Source of the DNA: Blastocladiella emersonii ATCC 22665
Lineage: Eukaryota; Fungi; Blastocladiomycota
Assembly (NCBI GenBank): GCA_025594325.1
Contig: JANHCV010000013.1
Location: 744,001-808,000 of the forward strand
Direction: 5' to 3'
DNA length: 64,000 nucleotides
Shown here: piece after piece, positions 1 through 10,711 of the stretch
Layout: every line of letters begins with the position of its first letter
Position numbering within the stretch: position 1 is the first letter of the stretch
Position numbers and translations under genes: made by a program
The notes under the pieces: generated by a model
Databases searched by the model: none
What the model saw: only the letters and a program-made list of their open reading frames with translations
Told to the model about the DNA's origin: nothing

Positions 1-579
1 ACTTCATGCAACGAGATCGATCCTGCTTGTACGATCAGTCAAGATCTTGTGCGCGCCACGACCGCCATGCGCCGTTACGCACATGACAGGCGCCTCCCTC
101 CTTCGCCCGAGGAGCGCTCCGACCTCTTGCAGGGCGCCACTTGCAGTCTTATGGATGCCCGCGTGGCCCTGATACGAGCGACCCTCGTCGAGCGGCAGAG
201 ACTTAGAGCCGATTCACATGTCAGTGCAGCAGTTGCAGGCCCGGCTCAGCGAGTCGCTGAGCTTGAACGGCTTTGCCGTGACTTAGACTCCGGATTACAC
301 GTGTTGGGACCCTTGTCCGACGCTTCGCTCGAGCCGGCAAACAACGGCCGGTCAAAGTCTGCGCATTGGCTTAGCTCACCGCCAGTACATCCGAATACCA
401 AAGATCTCAGGCTTGACGAGCTGGTGCAGTTGCATGGCCCGCTCCTTTGTCTTTCAGCTCCGCACGGGCTGTGGTCCACCGATTCCCCATGCGATTTCGT
501 TGACCGTGTTCCTTTTCAACAACGGACTCGATGGGAAGTACCAAGTCGCGCCGATCCTGGGGGCCTGGCTGGCGAGTAG
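1..579 (+). CDS. 3' end of a hypothetical protein entering from the left edge
   Basis: Frame is open from base 1 (TSCNEIDPAC...) to the stop at 579, with a helical, coiled-coil-like middle. No family recognised. It overlaps the 3' end of the minus-strand DUF4470 gene. Confidence 0.3.
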   Translation, partial: TSCNEIDPACTISQDLVRATTAMRRYAHDRRLPPSPEERSDLLQGATCSLMDARVALIRATLVERQRLRADSHVSAAVAGPAQRVAELERLCRDLDSGLHVLGPLSDASLEPANNGRSKSAHWLSSPPVHPNTKDLRLDELVQLHGPLLCLSAPHGLWSTDSPCDFVDRVPFQQRTRWEVPSRADPGGLAGE

Positions 580-2708
580 CCGGTCGCGGATATGTAGAAG
601 GATCTTCAGTCCGAGCGGCACTTGACAACGGGACAAGTTTCCCTCCCACGAGTGAGCTCTTATCTGGACCACCATGATGGCCTGGAATTTGCTCACAGTA
701 CACTCCGAAAAAGGTGTTGGGGGACAAGCTGTCAAGTGTGCTTGCCGGTATGTTTGCCGAGATGCGCAGGCGAGGAGGGTGGCCGTAGACCGGTTCAACG
801 CGAAGGCTTTCGAAGCGAAGCTTTTCTTGCCAACCAACGGTTTCGAGGACCAAGTAACCCGCTTGCGGCGAAGCACCGTCGTCGCAAAGAACCAAAAACT
901 CGAGGCAACTGTTCAAATCATTAGCAATATGGTCCCAGTAACCATATTTTTTCGTGGCGGCAGCGAGCTCCATAGCCATGCTCTCGTGGAGCCCACCGGG
1001 CTTGATGATTTTCAGCAAGAGGAGAGCGCCACTGTCCGGGATTCCAGGAGTGGAGGGCGAGGCGTGAAGCGTCGAATCCACAGCTGTGACCCGACCCGAC
1101 TCGACAGCGAATCGAACCAGTTTTGGGAGCAAGCACGCCGTGGTGAAGTTGGGAACTACGTAAGAGCTGTCAGCAATGAGCGTGAGGCTCCGGCTTTGAA
1201 GCGGCGCGCAGCGTACCTGGTGACTTGAGCTGAGTAAAATGGCGAAGGCACCCGGTCAGCGCGTCGCGGAGAAACTGTGATTTGTCCAGCATGGTCGGCG
1301 CAGTCGGCTGGGGCAGTTTGACGAATGACAGGTATCGCGTTGGATGGGCATCAAGGTGATCGAGACTCCAAGCAGAGGACTGGTACCAGGTCGACAGTCT
1401 CTCAGGGTTCAACTTCTTGGCAAGAATGACCCCAAAGAAAGCGGGAAACGCCGCGTGCGGAAGGCCCGACAAGTGCTGCAGATACGCTTCGTAATCGCTC
1501 GATACACCGCCGCCAGTCGCGGCTTTCGAGTACGTGAGTAGGCGAGAGCGGTGTGGGTGATCGTTGGTCTGGCAAAGCAGCACAGTCGCGTGGACGAGAA
1601 CGTTGATCAGACCGCAAGAATCGGCGAGGTTGTTGGTATCGACAACGTCAAAGAGGAGCCCGGGGGACGAGGATATCATCTCCATTACCGCGATCGCATG
1701 GCCGTGAGCAAAGGCAACACGAATGCGCGGGTTGCCCTCGATGGAAACGTTTCTCAGCGCTGAGACCCAGTCGCTGAGCTCGGACAGCATGGCTGACTCG
1801 GGAAGACCACGGCCAAGAAGCAAGTCAAAGGCATCGGACGGCAACACGCTGGAATCGACGGCGTAGTAAGGTTTGTTGTCAATGGAGAGGAGGAGAAACG
1901 TAGGATTGACAACGGTGGTCGACGTTTGCGTAAATGCAGCCACCTCGGCAAGACGCTCGATTGAGCAAGCGATACGCGCGGAGTTGGCGCTCTCGAGCAC
2001 TCTGTGGTATTGCGCGTTCAGCCGGTCCATGAATGAGGACGTCGATTTCGCAACAGTCGATAAGAAACTTGGGTCCGCGCCAGAAGCCGAATGGTGGTAC
2101 CAATCACGCTCCGTGAGCAGCGTGTCAACAGTCCAGTCCACGTTGAGCCAGGCGCGCCAACAGCGGCGTAGCTCGTCTTGAGTCGGCTCGTTCATGCAAA
2201 GCAGCGACCAGTTGCCCGATTGGCTGAGCCAGTCCTTAGAAATACACGTGCGCATCTGCTCGTTCCAAAAGTCGCGGACATTGGGGTCAAGGACGGGCGA
2301 ATACCAAAGCTGGCCGACGTAGCGTGCGAGCAGGTCAAGCTTGTCCCGCGAAACGTAAGCGATCGCGTGGAGAATGAGCAAATTCCGCGCGAGCACTTCG
2401 GGTTGCCAATCATTGATCACGAACGTGAGACTTGCCGTAAGGCCCCTCGCTGCCGCTTCGCACGCGGTCCGGGCGATCTCGGCGAGGTCGCCACAGCCGC
2501 ACACGAGCGCGCTTAGCTTGGCCGCGTTAGACGAACCGTGCGAGAGAAACAGATCGCGCGGTGGTAGATGGCGGAAGGGTCGAAAGCGGTTGACGCGATT
2601 CCCGCGGTACTGGGTGCGACATGTGAGGAGAGTCGCGATGGGCGCACTTTGGCCGTCAACCATAACAGCAGTTTTCGATTCATTGCCGTAAGTTGCGGGA
2701 TGGTTCAT
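407..2708 (-). CDS. DUF4470-domain protein, divergent paralogue 1 (C-terminally shorter than the other copies)
   Basis: DUF4470 motifs ALVCGCGDL, FVINDWQPEVLARNLLIL and FDVVDTNNLADSCGLINVL. Phase-1 intron 1216-1156 (GTACGC..TAG) joins the ORFs at the same position as in copies 2-4. The likely start may be ATG 2663 (MVDGQS). Confidence 0.7.
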
Positions 2709-3013
2709 GGCGAATGGTTAATCTATGAGCGAGGGAAAGAGGAAGGCACGACACGAACTGGCCGAGACGTGGGAGCCGACCCGCACGTGGGAGCCGACCC
2801 GCACGTGTTGCGCCACTCACGTGATAGCACAACGCGTCTAGCAATGTGTCTCACGCCCCGCCTTTTCGCTTTCCCGCCTTCCAGGTTAACTATCTGGCTG
2901 TAGGCGGTTAGATTTTCTTACCCGCGTTCCAGAGCTTACGCAGTCACAGTTTAGCACGAGGGCCGTCGTCTGAACCAAAAACAATACAATGAGAAGAACA
3001 AAAATGCACGGAA

Positions 3014-3667
3014 TCAACGAGTCTTTTTGTGGTGCGCAGCAAGCGATAGCCCCAGCGTATCCAATCCGCTGCCGGGAACGGGGTACGCGGGAAGGACCAG
3101 AACACGCTTCACAAGCGTGCTCATTATCAAGTCGACGGGACTCTGCGACAAACCCTCATCCCTCGAAGCTGGTTTCTCACCCGAGTCCAAGAAGGTCACT
3201 TGGTCGAGGACAGCATTGGCTTCCGCCGGAAGGCGAAATACAGACATTTGCTTCGCCATGGCAAGACCGATCTCCTTCAGGACACGTAAGCGACCTTTCA
3301 AAGAGAAAGGGGAAGTAGAAGAAGCACAGGGATCAACTGCGAGGGCAAGCTGGCACTTGAGTGCAGGCGTTAGAGTCATTCCGGGACCAGCCGATGGAAG
3401 CAACACAGACTCTTCAAAGCCAAGAAAAAAGATTGGGGCGTCCGAGTCATCGTAGAGCATGGCTGCCTCGTGGCCTGCAGCATAGGCTTCAAAGATGAGA
3501 CGGGTGAACTTGACAGCGCTGGCAGCTGCAGCCGTGGGCAAACCAGACGAGCCAAGCAGAAACAACGCGTTTTCGATGGTGTATGATGTGCCCAATGCGG
3601 GTGGATGCGGCGCGTTGATCAGGTCCGGTGCCGCACAAATGGCCGCACGAATGGCCGCACGAATCAA
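3014..3667 (-). CDS. hypothetical ORF, 217 aa
   Basis: Open frame with plausible globular composition. No recognisable motif, and the start is uncertain. Confidence 0.3.
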   Translation of the reverse strand: MIRAAIRAAICAAPDLINAPHPPALGTSYTIENALFLLGSSGLPTAAAASAVKFTRLIFEAYAAGHEAAMLYDDSDAPIFFLGFEESVLLPSAGPGMTLTPALKCQLALAVDPCASSTSPFSLKGRLRVLKEIGLAMAKQMSVFRLPAEANAVLDQVTFLDSGEKPASRDEGLSQSPVDLIMSTLVKRVLVLPAYPVPGSGLDTLGLSLAAHHKKTR

Positions 3668-3870
3668 GTGCTACATGAGCCGGCTGTCGCGTTGAACAGG
3701 GACACGTCGTCCAACGCGAGGAACGGAAGGTGAGAGCTCAAGATTGCAGGTCGCGCCCGTGATTCGCGTGGAAGTGATGCAAACCTGGTCATCACTAGAA
3801 TCCAGCACGTCCCCCGCCGGAGACACGGGCGATGAAAGAACCATCCTTTGAAGAGAGCCGCAACGAGCCT

Positions 3871-4950
3871 TCAGCATCGCAGCACCGCAGCGGCTTCCGC
3901 TGCCTCACAGTCAAGGAGCTCCATTTTGTTCAGGACAATTGAGCGGAACATCTTGGCACCAAGACGGCTACGGTTGTGCCGCAGAACAGTTCGGCAGACA
4001 GAGAATAGACGTTCAACACTAGTTGTTGTAGCTGGGACAGCAAGCAGGTCAAGCGCAACGCGGGAAAGCGCTGGGAACGACTCCCGCTTTTCGCGCCAGA
4101 AGTCAAGAGGCGACTGCTTGCGGGCTACCTTGTCATTGGCAATGCTGTTCATGAGAATGATGAAGCGCTCGTTTTCGTCGACAAGAGTTTTCGCTGGCTG
4201 GCGGACGTCAAATGCAAGCGTGTCATCATCTGAGTCGGAATCCAAGTCAATCGGATCCGTCGTAGAAGCGCTCCATCAAGCGAAGGTTGGGAGCGATTGA
4301 CAGCCCGGAGCTTCTCGAGTGGCTCAAGGACGTACTCGGCGTAGTAAGGATCAGACGCTCCGTAGTTTCGCCAATCAATAACGCTTGCACGGTTATGGCT
4401 GCGCGGGCTGAGCCAGGTGGCCACTGTGAAAACGTAGGGCAAGCGTTTGTAATGCTTGTTCAGCAAGCCGTAAGAAGCGAATGCGGCGATTGCGACAATG
4501 ACACGAGCTTGCTGGTCGCGAAGCTTCAGCTGGCGCTCTTTTCCTGCAGACAGGGCGTTTTGCACGGCCCACAAGGACTGGCACAGTCTTGATTTCGTCC
4601 TCAAGCGTTTCAGCTGTGCAGGGAGGAGCGCGAACACCAAGCTGATGTCGCGCTGCACACTACGGTTAACGCTGTGCTGAACACAAAAGACAAGAACGAG
4701 ATGGTCGCCGCCATGCTCATCCCAAAGAACCCGGAGCGCGGCCTCGTTGGCCAAAGCACTGTTGGCAGCAATCGAAAAGATCTGGTTGAGGCCGAGGTCC
4801 TAGTCGCCAAGCACGTCGAGGATGGTCTGCGCAATTCCCTCACCAGTCTTCTAGTCCGTTGGCACAAGATCAAGCACGCATTCGTGACGCTCCCACTTCC
4901 TGTCCACAAGAATGATGAATGAAGCACGTATACCTAAGGTGAGAACGCAC
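3871..4950 (-). mobile_element. decayed hAT-superfamily transposase
   Basis: C-terminal dimerisation domain (SPLDFWREKRESFPALSRVALDLLAVPATTTSVERLFS), YK..Y..AT.L.PR motif, CxxH (FCVQH), and W..HECVLDLV..TGEGIA region. Two in-frame TAG stops near 4.8-4.9 kb and a frameshift near 4.2 kb. No TIRs found. Confidence 0.85.
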
Positions 4951-5185
4951 GGCGCGGTGGCTGAAACAGTAATTACCGTGGTCTGTATTCCGGGACCAGG
5001 ACAAGACCTTGTTCTCATGGCGCTCAGCTGCCAGCTATTTCCGTGGCGGGTGGGTTAATCGCGATGAGCACAAAAGCATGGAGCGCTCGAGCGACCAACC
5101 AGGATCATGAAGTTTAAAGACAAGTGCTGATGGCCGCGCGTGTCGTTTGGTCGAATCAACGCGGCCAGCGCGACGCAATGCGACG

Positions 5186-5214
5186 GGGCTGCGCCACACC
5201 ACGTGCCGTGGCGT
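5186..5214. promoter_or_regulatory. 29-bp conserved upstream element with dyad CGCCAC-AC-CACGTG-CC-GTGGCG (ankyrin gene 1)
   Basis: Identical 29-mer at 20389-20417, upstream of the paralogue, while the flanks diverge. Centred on an E-box. Confidence 0.55.
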
Positions 5215-5312
5215 CGACGGGCACCGGTTCGTCCCACGGCGGCAGCCGACCTTCGTCTCCCCTTCTCTCGTCCTGTGCACTGCTTGATGGTACACACACG
5301 AAAGCACATGCA

Positions 5313-6395
5313 ATAAGTAGCTACTATGAGCTAGTCGACGAGGTCAACGCGCTCTGCGAGCATCGCCGACGCCTTGAGAATCAGGTCCGCCGCGTCGCCA
5401 CAGAACCCTTGACGCCTGTCGTCTTACGCCAAACCGCAACCTAGGGTCGCCAAGAGCGCGCTCGCATCGCCGCGCTCGAGGCCGAGACCGCGAGCCTGCG
5501 CACCGAGCTCGAGCAGCTGCGCGCCGAGAACCAGGGCGTCTGGGCTATCCACGGCGAGGACATGGCGCGCGCCGAGGAGCTCAAGGCCGAGAACGGCATG
5601 CTGCGTGCGAAGCTGCTCAACGTCGAGGCCGTCCCGTCGCAGCCGCCCCCACCGCCCCCGCCCCCTGCATTGCCGCCCGTCCCTCAAATGTCGATGGACC
5701 AGGCCGCGGCCGAGGGAGACCTCGACGTGCTGCACGCGTGGCTCAAGACGACGGGCCCGCTCGAGTACACGTCGAACGCGCTCGACGACGCGTCCAGCAA
5801 CGGGTACCTGTACGTGCTGAAGTGGTGGCACGCGCAGTGCGACCCGCGCATGCGGATGCTTTACACGGAGCGCGCGATCGAGGGCGCGTCGGCGCGCGGC
5901 GACAACACCACGCTGTCGTGGTGGAAGTCGATGTGTGGGGACAACATGCCGTGGAGTCACCATGCGCTTAACCTCGCCATCATGAACGGGCACATCAAGA
6001 CGGTCAAGTGGTGGGAGCACTCCAGCGGCAGGACGCTGTGGCCTTCGCTGCAGGCGATCGAGGAGGCGACTCGCTGCAACGACACGGCCATGCTTGCTCT
6101 GCTGAGCAAGATTTACGACCTCAGCGACCTCGACCTCGTGCCCCGGAACCCCATTGTGCTCGCGAGGAAGAACGACGCCCGTGACGCTGCAGAATGGTGG
6201 CTCGAGTACCCAGGCGTGCCTGTTGCCGAGAACGCGCTCCACGCCCTCTCACTCCTCGGCGATACCGCCATGGTGTACGACCTGGTTCAGAAGTTTGGCA
6301 GGGGGCACTTTGACCTGCAGCTCGTCTCGCGCAACCTCCACCAGTATAGCGCGGGCACTGCGGACTGGTGGCGCGACACGTACTGGCTGCTCTGA
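5313..6395 (+). CDS. coiled-coil + Pro-rich + ankyrin-like repeat protein (paralogue 1)
   Basis: Repeats of the type Y...A.D.AS.NG...VL.WW. Intron 5385-5444. The position homologous to the paralogue's ATG is ATA (5313), so the start may be ATG 5562 or 5130. Confidence 0.75.
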
Positions 6396-6639
6396 ACCTC
6401 CTGTGCCTCTCGGTTCCTGTTCTAGTCGCTTTGCACATTCATACATCCCTTGTCACTCACGCCGCGACACAACTCGGAGCTTCTGCGAGACGTCTCGCGA
6501 ATCTCACGCTGCGAAATCATGTGAGCGCCACACGCCCCAATTTCGACCGCCGCGTCAGCAGCTCGCCGCCACAGACTTCGCCGACCGATATGGTCGCCGC
6601 TCCCAACGCTGCTCCCGCTGACTCTACGCATGCTAAACT

Positions 6640-6660
6640 CATGAAATAACTTGCCGCAAT
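6640..6660 (+). promoter_or_regulatory. start-proximal motif (ATGAAA-N1-2)-ACT-N4-GCAAY, representative copy
   Basis: Exact ACT-N4-GCAA lies within about 30 nt of 18 predicted starts in the window (listed in findings). Confidence 0.6.
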
Positions 6661-9600
6661 GGATTCAGCGTCGCCATTCCTGCCGATGCAGACAAGCGCA
6701 ACAGTCCTTCATGCGGATTCGTCGATGTACTTTGACCCGTACAGCAACTCCCATGCCGACGACATCTTCCTTTACCACGATGCCAGCAGTGCTGATCGCG
6801 ACCTGAGCGCCCTCCTTTGCGGCTTCAACGACTTGCGCTCACTCGCCCACACACTCAGCCAGGCCGCCCTCAAGGGCTCGCGCGCCGCCATGACGTTTAC
6901 GCTCAACGACCTGCGCGTCGAGCCGATCGCTCGCTCCCTTTTCATCCTGCACGCGCTCATGTTCTCGACGCTGGACCGCCCGACCCTCGATCGCTTTCTT
7001 TGCCAGCTTTGGGTCTCGAACTCAATTGAAACTGATACGTTCGAATTTTGGTACATCCATACGCACGCTTGCATCGATTACGATTGTCTCTCGGCTTCCT
7101 CGCGCGTGCGCGTGGCGGACGAATGTACCCTGCGGGCGGTCCGCGACTGCTGGGAAAACTGGCTCGGCCATTCCGTCGTACTAGCGCTTGCCAACTATGC
7201 ATCCGTGCGTAAAGGTTTGGTTGTCCAACTTGATGCTCCCGCGGTCCTGGTAGCGGGGAACGGAGCGGTTTGCCCCAGCGACATCGATGACAAGAAGAGC
7301 CGTGCAGCTTCCGCAGTCTTCCTCGATTGTGCCGAAAAGTTGAAGCCGTTGGTTGTCGCCCGTGTGAGCTGCGAAATCCAGCTTCTCGTTGAAAGCGGCG
7401 AGTACCATTTCCGCACGAACAAAAGCTTGAGTCGCGCCGACGGTCTTGATAGCGTCACGGAAAACGAATCGAGGACGGTCATGAACCCATTCTTCACTGG
7501 CCTTGGCACGTCCCCACATGCAACGCTTGGTGTTCCGCTCACGGGCTTTCTCGTTGACCCTAGCGGCGAGCGGATCCGCAATTCAATCTTTGTCGAATTG
7601 CGCACCTGGCTTCGCGTTTTGTCCGACACGTTCTCGCCTGATTCACCTTCTACTCACAGGCTTACCTTTGTCCTCGGCGACGCCGTCCTGGTGATGGAAC
7701 AGTTCCTTGCTGACACCGCGCTCCGCTTCGACGTGATCGACACCTCCACGCTCGTCGTCCAGTGCGGCGAGCTGAACGTCGTACTGCACGGCTCGCACTT
7801 GCTCAAGCACAACGACTCGGCGGCGGGCGATTCCTCGCTTCTCCTGCTCCACACAAATGCTCCAGTGGATATGGAGGTGACTGAATCAGCCGAGTTCTTT
7901 GAATATTTCTTTGGGATTCCCCCACACCTGCTTCCCGTTCTCTTTGGTGTCGCGATTTGTGGAGAGGAGGGCGGCGAGTCTGGCCACTGGCTTGCGCAGG
8001 TTCAGCCGTTTGCACCCGTCGCGCGCGCTCAGCCTTATTCCGAACCACGCCCTTATGTTGGAATCATCTTGCGCAAGCTCGTGGTCCCTGACGTACCCAT
8101 GTCCTTGGACGCGTCTGGGGATTGGATGTCTGTCAAAGAGACCTTGTTCGACGTTGACAATGAGGAAGAGGACGACAGGTTCATGACCGGTACGCGCCTC
8201 TGTCCCGCGTCCCACTTCAAACGGATTTAAATAACATTTAAAACTCCACGATCATTTAGGCGGCTCGTTCTTCACCGCTGCGTTCGGGATCAAGGTCGTC
8301 GCGTACGCCATGGCCAGTCGCCGCCTTGTTTGGTCAAAGGCGACTCCGTTTACCTCGCTCCCTTTCAATTCCAACGAGCGCATCGGCTTTTGGTCAGGCT
8401 ACTTTTTCGATTCGCCTGATGTGCTGCTTGAACGGAAGCCGATCATGCTCACACACGGGCTCCTCCCGAGCGATGGGACTCTAGTTCCTGCGACCATCTC
8501 TCGCGCGAGCGCCACGTTTACATTGACCGACTCTTGGCGGACGAACTTTTCGACTTGCTCCATTCGCGTCGCTGCCGAGCCAGAATCTGGCGGCGAGGTT
8601 TTGTACACCCACTCTCTGAACGCGACTTGCGATCACGTTCGAGACGTGGTTCGTGTCAGTTGGGACGTGACCAACTTTGCTGGGCTCCGGTTCTCCATTC
8701 ACGCGGTTCCGGTCCTGAACTCCCGCCGAACCAGCCAAACGACCGAGCCGATCTGCATCAGCAACACGCTTTCTTACGATGAAAACGCCGAGCCCTTTTC
8801 GATGACGGCTGTCGCGGTCACGACCGTTGCCGTGTCAGACGCCCGGCGCGGGATCCAGGGGATCATCGACTACAGCGCGTCCGCTGGTCGACCCTTACCT
8901 CGCGGACTGTTGTCCCTGCCCGTTATCGAGCTCGTTGACGCGGATCATGACGACTCGAACTTCGACTATGACTACAATGCGGAACTTGTGCTCAGCCTCC
9001 CGCGCGGCCGCAACAAGGTTACCGTCAAGCCCGTGCCTGACCGCGACCTCGCCCAGTACCGGGGTGCAGTTGCGCTGCTTGTCGACGGGCAGGTGCTTAC
9101 GTTCCAGCTGCCGTACTCTGCTCGCGCCACGGACGTCGCAATCGACCGCCAATCGCGTATTGTGAGCGTTCTCTTGAAAAGGTCCGCAGCGACCGTTATT
9201 CCAACCCTTGGACTTGGCCCCGTGGTCCCGCGCCTTGTGGCCGAGATGGCCGTCCCCGATTCCGAGTTCTTGCGCACCGCCGCTTTCGAGACGCTCAAGG
9301 GAATGTTCACACTCCGCGAGTGGCCACGCGGCCACTCCGCGAGTGGCCACGCGGCGCGCAGTCTGCCGTCGTGCCTCGTGCACCGCCCGCGGGTGGCGCT
9401 GGATTCGGCGCGTGGAATGCCCTTGCGCTCAAGCTGATGATCAAGCAGGTTTTTGATCACTTTATTGGCACGAATCGTTCGTGCGTTGTCAGGCTTGCAG
9501 CGCCCAACCCCCGCGGGACGATTTCTATACTTTTTCTCCACCGCTCAGTCATCCTCCCGCCGCAGGGCAAGTCGAAAAACATTATGCCCGCGCTCGAGGT

Positions 9601-9934
9601 TCATCTTGTGCACGTTCCACCAATGGCTTCACCCAAATCTGCAACTGCTGCTTCGCGTTTCCGAGCGGAACGGGTGCGCAAACTGGTCAAGTCGGCTGAG
9701 GATGCGTACTGCAGGCTGGCCGGGCAGAAGCTTCCTGTCATCTCGTGCGTTGCCGAGAATGCGGACGCGATCGGCGAGTACCTTGACTTTTGCCATGGCA
9801 CGTTGCAGTGCTCGCCGACCGCTCGGCCGCCGCTTGATCCCGCCGCAGCCGCAGCGTTCGATTGCATCAAGGCGGAGCTGCAGCATGCCCTCCTGTTGCC
9901 GCTGTATCCCGCGTACCCCTCCACCGTGGACTAG
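6659..9934 (+). pseudogene. DUF4470-domain protein paralogue 2, frameshifted by a 23-bp tandem duplication
   Basis: Colinear with intact copy 3. Intron 8190-8259. The frame switches at 9310-9355, where CACTCCGCGAGTGGCCACGCGGC occurs twice. Confidence 0.75.
9310..9355 (+). repeat. perfect 23-bp tandem duplication
   Basis: CACTCCGCGAGTGGCCACGCGGC at 9310-9332 and 9333-9355. Confidence 0.95.
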
Positions 9935-10035
9935 TTTGAGTTTTGTTGTTTGTCGTTGATTTAACACACGTCTTCAGTTTCTTTCGAATTGATTGCCTCG
10001 AAGTTCGTATTTTGTCTGATTCGTGAGACGTGAGC

Positions 10036-10320
10036 GATGTGCACGTCTACGTCAGCCCGCTGTTGGCGGACGAGCGGGTGAAGAGCTTTACAGTGCTGGT
10101 GCGCCGCGCGACGAGCGGGAAGGCGGTCGAGATTGACGTGGGCCTGGTCGCAAAAAGGATGGACGGGTACTCGGGCGCGGATCTCGCGGCCGTCGTCCGC
10201 CGCGCGTGAGCCGCCGCGAACGCGGGGATGTGTGAAACGTGGGGAGACGCGATTGAGATGGAGAGGAAGAAGGTCAAGTCGAGTCTCCGCTGCGATGAGC
10301 GTGAGCGGGTCGAGAAGTAG
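10036..10320 (+). pseudogene. orphan AAA+ ATPase C-terminal (lid) fragment, CDC48/NVL/PEX-like
   Basis: DVHVYVSPLLADERVK...IDVGLVAKRMDGYSGADLAAVVRRA*...KKVKSSLRCDERERVEK*. This matches the GxSGADL lid motif and the KVKPS-like tail. Internal TGA at 10207. No ATPase core nearby. Confidence 0.6.
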
Positions 10321-10711
10321 GCTAATATGATAAGCGGAGTGTTCGGAAAGTACTAGAGTTGATGCATGTACATCCATCTACTATGCCCGTCCCCGTGGGA
10401 GCACTGATCTCGCCATCGTTGCACGCGCGTCCGTCAGGCAGATATTGCTGCACGTCACTTTTCAAGGTCTTCGGGCCAAAGACGAGTGTGTGTCCCCTTG
10501 AAGTCCTTGAGTTTTGGGCCAACGGGCCGTGACATGATTGCGACAAGCCGCGCGTCGACCGGGGAGACCGGCTGCGAGACGCGGCGAGAAATCATGTGAG
10601 CGCCACACGCCAAATTTTCGCCACTTGCCATAGGGACGAATTGGCCGCTTCACTCCCAGCTCTGCTCCCCCCGACTCCGTACATGCTAAACTCGTGAAAT
10701 AACTTGCCGCA

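Noticed and set aside
3690-5050. Terminal inverted repeats and TSD for the hAT element
   Set aside because: CAGGGACACG near 3700 has no inverted partner on the right side.
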